From the NCBI RefSeq assembly GCF_006345805.1, contig NC_042997.1, positions 119,102,001 through 119,166,000 on the forward strand: DNA of 64,000 bases, given 5' to 3'. Source of the DNA: Octopus sinensis. Lineage: Eukaryota. Shown piece after piece: positions 14,549 to 27,821 of this stretch. The position numbers and the translations under genes were made by a program. Every line of letters starts with the position of its first letter. The first letter of the stretch is position 1. Under the pieces are notes generated by a model. The model saw nothing but the letters and a program-made list of their open reading frames with translations, did not search any database and had not been told where the DNA came from.

Positions 14549-15204
14549 AATATTTCATCGCTATCATGTATTGTACTTACATTATTATGCATATAAGTCA
14601 TTCCGATATGTCTTTTAACTATTGTCAGCTACATCTATACATGTAATATTTCTAATAATTTTTTAAATTTCATATATTGGTTCTTTATTTTCTGAATATG
14701 TTCCCAGAGTTCTTCTAGCGTCTGGTTTAGCTGCTATGGATGAATATTTGGTGTTTGCTTTGCACTGATTTTACAAACTCCATGAAAGATTTCTTGATTT
14801 GTGTGCCGACAAGATAATGCCGCCTCCAAATGTATATTTGTTATGTGTTCTTTATATATGATAATTTCAATACATTAGTTGCCTACTCGTGATAACCCGT
14901 AATAAGTTTTGACGTTTTTCACTATTAACAGGTTATATGTAAATTCTTCTCTGCTCGGTTTTGATCTCCAGGTGATGCTAGCTAATGATGTGCAGTGGCT
15001 CGTATTTTCATCTGAAAATTATGCAATATAATTTGAGAGACAATTCTTCATCGTGTCATTGGATGCACCGATGCACACATATTTTCCTGCACTCCCATAT
15101 ATTCACATTTATAAATCATGTCTCGTCTACGGCAGTTGTTTTAAAATTTACACTCTCTTCTACGCATACAGTTACTTGTTATCGCATTGTGTATGGTTTT
15201 ACTA

Positions 15205-15530
15205 TTCAGTGTTTAGAGCGTCAGACTCACAATCATGAGGTAGTGAGTTCGATTGCAGGGTTGGGATGTGTGTTGTGTTCTTGAGCAAGACACTTTATTT
15301 CACGTTGCTCCAGTTCACTCAGCTGTAGAAATGAGTTGCGATGTCACTGGCGCCGACCTGTGTTGGCCTTTGCATTTCCCTTGAATAACATCGTTGGCGT
15401 GGAGAGGGGAGGCTGGTATGTGTGGATAACTACTGGTCTTCCATAAACTACTTTGCTCTGACTTGTGCCTCGAAGGGTAATATTCTAGGTGTAATTCGAT
15501 GGTGTTTCATGAGCGAAGGAGGGCTTTAAA
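15205..15530 (+). mobile_element. tRNA-derived SINE (family B; CORE-like centre)
   Basis: B box GAGTTCGATTGC and GTGTTCTTGAGCAAGACACTTTATTTCACGTTGCTCCAG. Colinear with 27822-28155. Confidence 0.85.
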
Positions 15531-15774
15531 ATTTTTACTCCTTTTTACTGAATAAATTCCATCTGCTGAGCACAGTGCTATTCGACTGCATGCACTCGCT
15601 GCTATGGAAGTTCAAATAGTTGATTCTTTGTTGTTGATCTATGTCAGTCACTATGACCCTGTTTTTACCAGGTTCTGAGTTTACCGTGAAAGAATCATTC
15701 ACCTCTCCCCTTATATTCTTCCCAATAGAATATTTGTTGTTCATCTTCCTATTTATTTAAATAAAAAAATAAAT

Positions 15775-15985
15775 ACGCCTTCTCGAGCCATGCTAGGCTC
15801 ATAAGGGCCGGTTTCCCTTTTTCAGTGGCATAGAAATTCCCCACATGGACGGGACGCTGGTGGACTGGAAGAACATGAAATGAAGTGTTTTGCTCAAGAA
15901 CACAACACATCGCCCGGTCCAGGAATCGAAACCACAACATTACGATCATGAGTTCAACACCCTAACCATTAAGCCACGCGCTTCC
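15775..15985 (-). mobile_element. tRNA-derived SINE (family A, internally deleted)
   Basis: Reverse complement has GCGCGTGGCTTAATGGTTAGGG...GGTTTCGATTCCTGGACCGGGCGATGTGTTGTGTTCTTGAGCAAAACAC. Confidence 0.8.
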
Positions 15986-16294
15986 CTATTTCTCTTCATT
16001 AGAGATTTTTTTCAACTTTTAAAATTTACTTCATTAATTGTTTGTTATTAAATTTATGTGTATAATATTCTATTTTATGCGAAATTGCGTACTCTAATTT
16101 TACTTTGTGTTTCCTGGGAGTTTTGTAATATCTAATCGACCGAAGCAAGTGTCTAACCTGTGCGGAGAAGAATTTGTCCCCTATTTTGGACTCAGCTTGT
16201 CACTTTAGTAAGTGGAGATTAGGCAGCACAGCGTGAGTCAAATAAAATACCTTCTAACCCAAAACCCATTGAATAGAATAATTCACTTGGGAGT

Positions 16295-16945
16295 TGACTT
16301 AACCGAAAAGGATAATAAAAAAAAATAATTCTTATTCACCACTCTATTTATGACATTTTTCTGTTCAGTAGAGGAAAACGGGAGGGTGAATTGGGGTTCA
16401 ATTCCCTTGTTAACTAAATATGTCTCATCCTTAATACACTCTATCTTTTGTTGTTTTTTTTTCAGTTTCTTTCTCACTTCTACACGTTCCCAAGTTCTTT
16501 TATTCTTTTATTCTTCTTGCCTTCCTGTATGTACACACAACTCACAATTTTATCTTCTTCCCCTTCTTTTCTCATCTCTTTCGTCCTCATCCATACCTTC
16601 CCTATACACCTACATTGGTATGTAAAGGAATAACGAAATTATCCCTCGCAAAGTTCATGCCTCTATCAATCCATCGATCAATCTAGTAGTTTTTAAGGAT
16701 TTACAAGCATGGCCTATTAATCCAACAGATCTGTTTGATTGGTGCAGAATGAATAATTTTCTAAAATCTTAGCAACAAGGAAATCCGTCGTATACTAATG
16801 CAAAAATTGCCTGAACAAATATGCATTTCGAATTAATCGGCACGCATAGTATTCGTGGATAGTATAAATAATATTTAATGATATCTTATGAAGAGGGTGA
16901 GCTGATTCCATAAAATATATGCCATGTCGAAACATATGTAGCAAT
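16295..16945 (+). repeat. ~650-bp repeat, inverted partner of 13456-14090
   Basis: Ends in ...GTC GAAA CATATG TA GCAAT, the 3' half of a hammerhead, as does its partner. Confidence 0.8.
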
Positions 16946-17064
16946 ACTTTAATAGAAATAGAAAATCTCCATCTGTGAAGTGTTTATCGTTATTACTGTA
17001 CTTATACTACGCTACACGGAGGACCACAAATATAACAACCTATACAAAATGAACTAGGCATGTT

Positions 17065-17100
17065 CAGTACCGGTTTCAGTCATTGAGACTTTTTCAACTG
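17065..17100 (-). ncRNA. Minimal type I hammerhead ribozyme motif, U3-A8 core variant
   Basis: Minus strand reads CAG-UUGAAAA-AGUC-UCAAU-GACU-GAAA-CCGG-UA-CUG. Stem I CAG/CUG, perfect 4-bp stem II, palindromic stem III (ACCGGU), GUA cleavage triplet. Confidence 0.75.
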
Positions 17101-17230
17101 TAAGTATGGAAAACAATTAAATTTTAGAAATAGTAAAAGAAATGTTTTTTAAAAGAATATTTGCACAGTTTTCAAATACAAGTGGCATGTTCCTGGTATC
17201 TGCCTGTCTCTATCTCTCTTTATTACTCTT

Positions 17231-17418
17231 GTGGGTTCGAGGTCGTTGTGAATTCTTGGTAGGGAAGACGAAGATGAAGAAGAAGAAGGGGAGGCAGAGG
17301 AGAAGAAGTAGGATAAGAAGAAGGAGAAGAAGAAGAAATAAAAGAAGAAGAATTTGGGAGTGCCATGACAGTGTCTGTCTCTCTATATATTTATATGTAT
17401 GTATATATTATTAGTAAT
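17231..17418 (+). repeat. Near-identical inverted duplicate of 19374-19537
   Basis: GTGGGTTCGAGGTCGTTGTGAATTCTTGGTAGGGAAGACG...GGGAGTGCCATGACAGTGTCTGTCTCTC...TATTAGTAAT recurs as its reverse complement at 19374-19537. Confidence 0.9.
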
Positions 17419-17739
17419 TGTAAGGAGAACGGAGATTTTTCAACTCCACAATTTCATTAAACAGTTATTTACAGGATACCAAAGGTTTCATTAAATTATC
17501 GATATGAAAATCTCCGTTCTCCCGATCATTATTAATACTATTACTTACTCTACGGAAAGCGTGAAGGCTTCAATAGGACACTTGGATTTACCAAGCGAGA
17601 ACAGTTAACCGATTCTAGCAACTTATTGTTAACCCAGGTATCAATAAAGGACCGTTGTGGTTAGCCAGCATCTGAAACCGATTTAAGAGGAAATACGGTA
17701 ACCGCCAGGCTAATATATTCGTTTGAAGTCGTATATGTA

Positions 17740-17845
<106 letters not shown>

Positions 17846-17914
17846 TATACACATGCTTATATATATATATATGTGTATGCATATATATATGTATGTATGT
17901 ATGTATACATAAAT

Positions 17915-17953
<39 letters not shown>

Positions 17954-18490
17954 GTACATATGTGCGTATGTATGTATGTGTGTGTGTTTCTGTGTCGGTG
18001 AGTGTGTGTAAAATTTCATCAAGATATTATGAAAACAGTATTATTTGGCAAGGCGTGAACAAACCATAAAATAACACACAAAATTATGAGAATTTAGAGA
18101 ATACAAAAATATAAAAAGTATATAATTCACACACAATATGAATCAAAATGAAATAAAGATAAAAGTAAAAATATCAAAATATAATATAATATGATCTAGA
18201 AACATGAGAACCGTGTACTCCGTGGAGAAATTAGTGAGGATAATAAAAATATCAATATAAATACATAAACACACAGACAGGTAGACACACACATACACAT
18301 ATGCACAATCACAAGCACACACACACACACACACAGTATTGTGGTGTATCATCATCTTTTCCTTTCTTTGTAATTGTATGACAACTGATTTTCGTTTTCT
18401 CAATAGTAACTGTGTTTACGTGATTATCAATTGAGTGGCATACAGTACTTATTTGTCTGCACGTGTGTTTGTTTCCTGTGTGTGTATGTC

Positions 18491-18544
<54 letters not shown>

Positions 18545-19232
18545 TACACACATACAAAATCACCGATATTATCACCACAAACATTTTTGTATATATATAT
18601 AAATGTGTATCTGTCTCTATATAAACGTGCACACACACACACATACATATATATGCACATTTATAAGTGCCTGTATGTTTACGTGTATTTCTCTGACAAT
18701 AAATACTTAGGGAATACAAATTAATTGAAATGTTGAATGATTGATTAGAAAGTTAATAATGCAGCTCTAGAAAATATAGAACTCACATAGCATTTTCGTG
18801 CAATTTCTTATGTTTTATGATTTTATGAAATGTATTGCTGCTATTGTCCTCATTATGAATGCTTATGCTGTGATATTTGATATCAGATAGTCAGAAATCT
18901 TATAGTGTTAGTATTAAACAGACTGTATAATTCAATGCTAATTTTCCGTCATGCTATTAATATTTCGATAGATTAAATGTAACCATGTTGCAGATGTCGT
19001 TTTTAAGTACGTCAAACGATCGTATATTTAACTCTTTGTGTCATACTTCGACTCGATTTAACATTATCACAACTCTAAGATTAACCTTGCTGTCTTCAAG
19101 GTGCCTATTATTTTACGTCAGTACACGAGGGCGCAGATACGCAAACGGGCGTCCACTTTATATAAATATGTGCATGAATGTAAGTAGATACATGCATACA
19201 CAAAAGTATATGTATATGAATATACATTTATG

Positions 19233-19272
<40 letters not shown>

Positions 19273-19655
19273 TTTGTATACAAGAGTGTGTGTGTGTGTG
19301 TGTGTGTGTGAAGAGAGAGAGAGAGAGAGAGAGCGTACACACATACAAAAGCACCGATATTATCACCACAAACATTACTAATAATATATACATACATATA
19401 AATATATAGAGAGACAGACACTGTCATGGCACTCCCACATTCTTCTTCTTTTATTTCTTCTTCTTCTCCTCTGCCTCCCCTTCTTCTTCTTCATCTTCGT
19501 CTTCCCTACCAAGAATTCACAACGACCTCGAACCCACATATACGTATATATATGTACATACACACATATATACGTACCTACGTATACGCACATATATATG
19601 AACATATGTGCATATATATACAAATATATATACAATAACAGATTCGTTTATGTAC

Positions 19656-19747
<92 letters not shown>

Positions 19748-19934
19748 TCACAGGCAATAAAAAATCCAGATGACATATTATTTTGCAAGGCGTGAAGAAA
19801 CCATAAAATAACATACAAAATTATGAGAATGTAGAGAAGACAAAAATATAAAAAGTATATAATTCTGACACAATATGATTGAAAATGAAATAACGATAAA
19901 AGTAAAAATATCGAAATATAGTATATGATCTTAG

Positions 19935-20830
19935 AGCGGGACCTGATTGCAATATACAAGTGGGCAGAATTAAGCAACATTCAATTTAATGATGGAAAAT
20001 TTCAAGCGCTGCACTATCAACTCATAAATGCACTTCAGCCTGTATATACATGACACCAAGGCACTGCAATTCCAGAGTCACAGGCAGTGAAAGACTTAGC
20101 AATCAGTATGTGCTATGATGCATCATTTCATATGTACAGTACGAAAATGGTAGCAACTGGGAAGATGGACACTAACGTCCTTCAAGACAAGAGACCAAGA
20201 ATTTATGTTGATCCTGTGAAAGGAGCTTTGTCCTCAGCCGCCTGGACAACTGCTCTCAGCAGTTATTGTCACCACAAAGTGCGAAGATAATAGTGGAGTT
20301 TGGAGTAGTCCAATATCACTACGCTAAAGTGATTGGAACAGTACAGCCGATGAGCTACAGGGAGAGGCTGTAAAAACTACAACTTTGCTTCTTGGAGCGA
20401 AGATGCAATAAATAAGTAATAATTTATATATGGAAAACGCTAGAAGTGTTAATACTTAACTTCGGCATGATATGATATACAAATGTCAGAACTGGACGCC
20501 ATTGTGTTGTATCAAATGTACCATCCACTCCATCTAAATGACAAAACTCAAACCTATTGTCATAATGAATATGTATTAGACTTTAACGCACTTCAATGCG
20601 CTGCCATAATAACTAAGAGACCTACCTAATTTGAACGTAGTTGTGTTCAAAGCGGAACAGGGCATCCTCCTCTCTACAATACCGGATAAACCGACGGCCC
20701 GACATGGCATTCAGACGAGGGTAGCGGATTCAACTTCCCGGACTCACCAAATGGGACAACAGCTGGAACAAAGGCACATACAGGAGAGGTGGTGTGAACC
20801 ATGCCAGCTTGAAGAAATTAGTGAAACCAC
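19935..20830 (+). mobile_element. Degenerate CR1/L2-type LINE 3' portion
   Basis: Translation gives MSYRERL*KLQLCFLERRC...IYIWKTLE, FNALP..LRDL..NVVVFKAEQGILLSTIPDKP, typical of CR1-group ORF2 C-termini. Confidence 0.7.
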
Positions 20831-20974
20831 TCTTATTCTCCAGCATGGCTGTAACTACATGGCTGAAATGAATAAAAGAAATAAAAGAAACATAAATACA
20901 AATTATCAACAGTCGAAGACAACAACCAGACCTGAAGAAACTTCTAAGGTCAGATTAACATTTGTAAAAGAAAC

Positions 20975-21370
20975 GACGCCAGTAGCTAATTGTGGAGACC
21001 TCTGTTGCAGGACATGGGAATTAATTGAACAAGGGACATTCAGAAGATTCAAAAATGGCAGGGAATTAAAAGTAAATGGAAACATGTATTGCAAAAAAAA
21101 ATAAAGGAAAAAACTCATATACTGCATCACAATAAAAACTACATTGGGGAGACAGGAAGCAATCTGACCAACCGTGTAAATGTGCATAAACAACAAATTA
21201 GGAATTAATCTCTTAGGAATGCCTCATGCAGTGAACATCTGGATATTTGTGCAAATGGTAAATTTACAATGTTCTCATTTTACAAAATAAACGATGAAAA
21301 TGACCGACTACGAAAACCAAAACAAGAATGCTTTATAAGAATTCTAAGTCCGAAACTAAACCGAAAATAA
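20975..21370 (+). pseudogene. Penelope-like element GIY-YIG endonuclease remnant
   Basis: Cys-rich linker (NCGDLCCRT...), then after a frameshift NYIGETGSNLTNRVNVHKQQI...SEHLDIC...KQECFIRILSPKLN*. This carries YIG, the catalytic R, H, E and the terminal PxLN motif. Confidence 0.8.
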
Positions 21371-22500
21371 CATCCAACACTTCATATAATAAACAACGAT
21401 AAAAGAATATTTACATATTCCCTTTTTACAAAATATTAGATAAAAATGATTACCTATGAAAAACAAAGGAAGAATAATTCATAAGTCCGAAAATAAACCG
21501 AAAATAGTTAATACAGCCACTACTATCTCCTCTTTTATACATTATCCAAGAATGCGTGTGTTTGAAAACATAATCGAAAACGCTTACACAAGCTAGAGAA
21601 GAAACTTCTTCCATAGACCCCCCCACACACACAAACAAACGCACAAAGATAACAACAGATGGATTGTGATTCACAACAGCTGTCAGACATGAATTTCGTT
21701 GATGAGCAGAAGTGTTACGTTATGCAAAAATAAAAATGTTTTGTTTTCCATCAGTGGAATTCCAACAAACAATTATACAAAGCTGTATCAGAAAACGATG
21801 TCACATTTTAAACTCAATGATGTGCATATTTTTACTGTTCTACTTACAGACTTTAATTGTAATGTGCGAATTACTTGTTTAATAACTTTTTCTGAAAATC
21901 CAGCTAATCCAGACTGTCAATTAGGCATCTTACATACAAAATCAAGTGCACCAGTTATTATTGATATAAATATGAATTTGTAATTCGGATAAAGGAGCTG
22001 CAGGCTTCGAAGCACATTGGATATCCTTATTGCTTATTTTTATTATAACCACCTTATTTTACATTGTATGGATAATACCGTACTAAATTCTGGTGCCCCA
22101 ACTTAAGTACCATATGAATCTGAATTTAAATTTTTACTGAACTTATGAATATATACATGTAGATGAAACACACATATTTATGCGTTGTGAGTTGTTCGCA
22201 GTAAAAACCACGCTATTACAAGGTCACTTATATACTGTGCAATATAGTTACCAATTGCATTTTTAATATAGCCATGAGCAGAGCAATGCCGTATCGGTGG
22301 AACTAGTTGATGCCAGATGTGGAGAAGCATTCGGCTACATACGTATCTGCTTGCTTGCCTACCTACCTACCTACCTACCTACCTACCTACCTAAATGCTG
22401 CACTGACACACAAACATATATATGTATCCATACATACATATATATACACATATATATACATATATACACATATATTTATACACAGATATATATATATATT

Positions 22501-22539
<39 letters not shown>

Positions 22540-22739
22540 ATGTGTATATATCTATATATCATAAAAGAATAGCACAAACACGTACGATGTAATTCATTAA
22601 CGATTTGGAGAAGAGCGGTGCTGTAGCAGATAGCATATTTTTGTTTTATTTTCGCATATCTTGAAGATTTCAGCAAAATCAGAACTGAAAGAATATTATA
22701 ATAAAAAAAAACTAATAGAGAATAAAACTGACTAATTCA

Positions 22740-22960
22740 GTCTTTTAAATTGAACAGAGTTTCTATATCTCCAGTAAATGATTCAACAAGCCTCCTTACA
22801 TTTCTTTTATATTAACATGTAGTTTGATTACTATATTATATAGCATCAATTCATATAGATTTGAATGCCACATTGAAAAGATGTTATTGATTGCTTCCAA
22901 GATTTGCAATATAAGCACTATTTCCTGAATTTCTGACGTGATGTCTGTGATGTAGTTTTT
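22740..22960 (-). pseudogene. Possible highly decayed second Penelope-like GIY-YIG remnant
   Basis: Minus strand CLYCK...FQCG...SN...CKE..C followed by a YIGET-like stretch, but only by allowing frameshifts. Confidence 0.3.
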
Positions 22961-24381
22961 GTTACTTATAGAAAACAAAAAGCGGGAAAATACTAAAGGA
23001 ATATGAATAATTGATGTTTCTGTAACTGTCTTCAACAAGATAAGTATTCTTTAGTAAACAGTCTCAAGCAGTGTCTCAAGCAGTGTCTAATACACTTGAA
23101 TAATAAAACCTGTAAAAATATGTTTGTAGCTATATGTAGGAATGTAAAAAATTGATTCTTTAAACGAATACTGAATCGAAGAAAAACATTATATTTATTA
23201 TTAAGACTATAAAAAAGTCCAAACCAAAAGAAAAATATAGGAAAGAGAAATATTGTTTGATTCGATCCTATATTCAACTCAAATGTCTAATCTGTGGCAA
23301 CAGCAAATTCCATTAGACGGTTATGTAAACGTTCTGCAAACCCTCATTTGTGATGCATGTCTTGCAATAAAAACCATATTAATAACCTCTACGGCTACGC
23401 CTCAAAGTTGGTCGTTCAAAGAATGAACATAAAAAGTTCCACGAATGGAATTATTCAAAATATATTAACTTAGCCACATTATATACCGTGTCCGGTATAT
23501 TGATGAGAAATGTCTCCCAAAGTTATAATTCGCCAAGAGAATAAATTGAATAAACTGAGTTCAGATTCACAAGTAGGTACACGGGGCATATATAACTATT
23601 TCACCATCAGTTGAAGATTATAATACAAATTCATTATGTTAAAATGTTTCTGTTTGGTAACATATGATTTCAAGTAGTTACTTGGTCATTGGCAAACATT
23701 AAAAACTGCAATACCACACGTTATAAAGATGTATATTTTATCTTTTTGCAAATACTTTGGACAAGGTTACTTAAATTCAGAGATTACATGTGCAAACATC
23801 TCTTCTCTTTTAGCATACCCTCTACATATAACCGAAATACTTTCTTATATTATACTTTTACTGATATATCTTGTTTACACTGTTAGATGCTATGCGCCTA
23901 AGACAATACCCATGTCTCAATCTACCAAATTTCCACGTGTAACCAGGCAATAACATCTAATCTCGATGCTTTCTGAACTCCACGCATTTATTTCTTTCGT
24001 CAAACATCTTGCTCCTATTATCAAACTTACCTCGTCAGGATTAACTGCATATCCTTTATACTTTTTATATTCACCGCTACACAACCTACAACGAAAAAGG
24101 TTCTTCATGCTTTTTTTTCAGCAATTTCCTTGTTTTCCTGATTACCCTATGAAGATATACATTTGTCTGTTTGAATTTTCCAAAACTGCATCATGTGACA
24201 AATGCAGTTCTTCATTTTATTACAGAGGAAGTATTAACACCATTGAGTTTAGACTTTATTTTTTCTCTATCTTTCAAAATATTCTTTGTCTTCCATTTTC
24301 TAAAAGTCTTTTATATGACCACCATCCAATCCTTATACACATACACACATATATATACATATATACATACATACATATACT

Positions 24382-24436
<55 letters not shown>

Positions 24437-25079
24437 ATATATACATGTACACACAAACACAAATACACACATATATAACCTGTTCGGTTGATGTATCCTG
24501 ACATTGCTGTGGTATGTTCCTTCTTTCTTCACAATGATCGCGTACAAATAAATACGAAATTCTATTTTGCTGCCGCGGTTAAACACACTAATACTACTGA
24601 AAGGAAGCAAAATTCGATTCTCTCTCAACTTACATATAACTTAAATCATGAATGAAGAGCAAAATGTTAATTATCTCGTACTTCCTCAGGCTATATTTAT
24701 GTTTTGTTTTTCTCCTGTCTCTGCAGAGTGGGTTACAAGTAATGACACATAATTGACGTAAAAGAGATTGCTGTTTGGAAAACACTGCAGTTATTTCACT
24801 GCAGGCGTCCTGCAGCTGCTAGTGTTCTTTTTTACTTTTTTTTTCTCCAAATTTATTATGCTTACTCTTACTAGTCCAGTAATTTTATTAGGAATTTTGA
24901 ATATTTTGCAGCGAATATTTCAAAAATAGTATAGTTTAGGACTATGTTATATACTTTCCTTGTAACTGATCCGCTTTATATATACTGAACCAATTGTTCT
25001 TCCCTTGCAATTACCGATGATCATCTCGCTAATTAGTAATTAGTCTTTTCTTTCTCATGGATTTTATGACCAACTCTTT

Positions 25080-25299
25080 CCTCTTTACTCTTTTACTTGT
25101 TTCAGTTATTTGACTGTAGCCATGCTGGAACACCGCTTTAGCCGAGCAAATCTATCCAAGGACTAATTCTTTGTAAGCCTAGTACTTATTCTATCGGTCT
25201 CTTTTCCCGAACCGCTAAGTTACGGGGGCGTAAACACACCAGCATCATTTGTCAAACAATGGTGCGGGGACAAACACAGACACACAAACATACACACAT

Positions 25300-25375
<76 letters not shown>

Positions 25376-25542
25376 GACGGGCGTCTTTCAGTTTCCGTCT
25401 ACCAAATCCACTCACAAGGCTTTGGTTGGCCCGATGCTATAATAGAAGACACTTGCCCAAAGTGCCACGCAGTGGGACTGAACCCGGAACCATGTGGTTC
25501 GTAAGCATGCTACTTACAACACAGCCACTCCTACGCCTACGT
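25080..25542 (-). mobile_element. tRNA-derived SINE (family C) with internal (TA)n(TG)n microsatellite
   Basis: Minus strand starts GGCGTAGGAGTGGCTGTG.TGTAAG (A box) and GGGTTCAGTCCC (B box), then CORE-like CTTTGGGCAAGTGTCTT. The tail is GCGGTGTTCCAGCATGGCTACAGTCAAATAACTGAAACAAG followed by (TAAAAGAG)n. Partial copies lie at 39475-39565, 52055-52205 and 62700-62830. Confidence 0.85.
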
Positions 25543-25964
25543 AGCTTCACCAAGAAACAAGCTGAGAAGAAGCTACTCTTTAGTAGACGTGGCGAATGCC
25601 TATCACGTTTGATATAATCTACCGGAGGACCGATTTAACTTTCCCCAGGTTCCATATAACCTATCTAAGGCGACTGCTTTGTGCTTCATATGAAAGAGAA
25701 AGTTCTATTACTCCGAAAGCAATCAGCTACCAACACACTGTAGAGTATGAGCTCGAGAGGTCGTAGTTACTGCGGTGCTCTGTTTGATCCATCCGCCAGT
25801 ATTTCTGAATGGTAAGCACGCATTTCTGCAGTTTATCTTGTTGAGAGAGACAACAATATTCTGGTCACAGCCGGAAAATGCAGTTAGATTAACTTCCATT
25901 ATAATAATATATATGAGACTGATGTTGTAAAAACATCCCCCAAAATACGAGATTATTATTATTA

Positions 25965-26497
25965 TTCTATGTTTGACTTTTGCTTTATGTTTGTACAAGT
26001 TGGTTCCAAGTCTCACTCAGAGACCTCAAGAGACAACGGGTTGGAAGTTCACGTTGTTGTTATGCCTAGTGTGCCATATGTTTGGGGTTTTTTTTTTGGT
26101 GTTGTACTAGTGAATGTCTAATAAATAAATTTAGAAAAAAAAAGGTTGTTTTAAAACTTTTGTTTACATAGAGAATATTTTGCGTAGGATATGAGCAGTT
26201 CCCATGAGCACTCTCTTTTGAATTTCTGCCATTTTGGAGTTTCCTGGTATCTGAGTTAGGTAGCAATCAGCCCCTTTCGCTATCATTCCCAGGGCACCTA
26301 TGACAACAGGTATTGTTTTAGTCTTCAGGTTCTACATTTTGCTAATTTCTATTTCAAGATCTTTATATTTGCTCAGTTTTTGGTAGGTCTTGACAGATAC
26401 GTTTATATCGATTGGGACAGTCATATCAATGAGGAGCCTTGTTCTTTGTCTTATCGATTGGGACAGTCATATCAATGAGGAGGCATGTTCTTTGTCT
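25965..26497 (-). mobile_element. 5'-truncated R4/Dong-like LINE (restriction-like endonuclease domain + 3' UTR)
   Basis: Minus strand reads LLIDMTVPIDINVSVKTYQKLSKYKDLEIEI...TIPVVIGALGMI...EIQKRVLMGTAHILRKIFS. (TAA)n lies on both sides. Confidence 0.85.
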
Positions 26498-26527
26498 TTA
26501 TTATTATTTTTATTATTATTATTATTA

Positions 26528-26577
<50 letters not shown>

Positions 26578-27116
26578 GAGTGAGAGAGCAGTTCATGCCA
26601 TCAAAGTGACACTGGGGTAAAATATACGAAGCCCAATATACCCATCATGACTACCCGTCTGATAAGATTACACCAGGCACATGCATCACAACCATATGCG
26701 CGACATGGTGATCTCATATCAAGATAAACAGCACATGACCTTGCAGGTGGGGCCCAGTTAGAATTTTCTTCAGGTTGAGTAGCCCATCCCGCTCAAAAGG
26801 TCTCTGAATAAGGGTTGTTTAAGGATGTTGAAAGAACCACCCATGTTTCCAGAGGTGAATTATTCAAACGCCAAAGAATCCCTCTCAACACATGGCTATG
26901 ATGCTCGCCCACTACTTCTGCTCGTGATCAGAGATACACATATCGTCAGTCACTAAGGGACATGCTCAACTGGTTAAGGTCAAATACCTGACAAGCAAAT
27001 CTGTGGTATTTAGCAGAATATTTGCAGTATCAAAACAAAACAATGTAGATGAGAACACTTCCAATCAGTTAAGATCAGAATCCATGAGAAACACTGCCTG
27101 GTACTGCATCAGGGCG
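26578..27116 (-). mobile_element. ~540-bp non-coding interspersed repeat embedded in (AAT)n; copy 1
   Basis: Colinear, high similarity to 61677-62218 in the opposite orientation. Both ends abut (AAT)n. Confidence 0.85.
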
Positions 27117-27149
<33 letters not shown>

Positions 27150-27225
27150 TTTATATTATCATCCTCATCATCATCATCATCATCACCATCATCATAATCA
27201 TCATCATCATCATCACCATCATCAT

Positions 27226-27264
<39 letters not shown>

Positions 27265-27586
27265 TATTATTATTATTAAATCTCATAATTTGTTAGAATG
27301 GTTGGAGGGAAGCGAAAGGAACTTATACAATATGTTATGTCCTCGTTTGAAATTGTTCAACTGTGGGTTTTCATCCTCCCATGGTCTATAACACATAGGA
27401 ATAGTAATAACTGAGATTGAGTTAATCTTTTTATCAACTTCCGCCTAAATTTCTTGCCTTCTTACCAAATTAGGACAACTATTATTAAATCCTTTTACTG
27501 TCTCTGTCACTTTCAATATGTATATACACACACACACACGTACACACACACACATACACACACACACACGCACGCACGCACACACA

Positions 27587-27636
<50 letters not shown>

Positions 27637-27821
27637 GAGCTTACTTTCAAGACCCATATAAGTGCATATTTGGACGATTTCATGATAACCGTTAAAACAC
27701 AATCTGAAAGTTGCTGGCTTTAGTCACATGAATTTTTTTTCAAACCGGGAGATAGATGTCATATCAACAGACGGCAAACCTAAGTCTTCTAATCAAAATC
27801 AGATATCTTCCAGTTCTTTTA

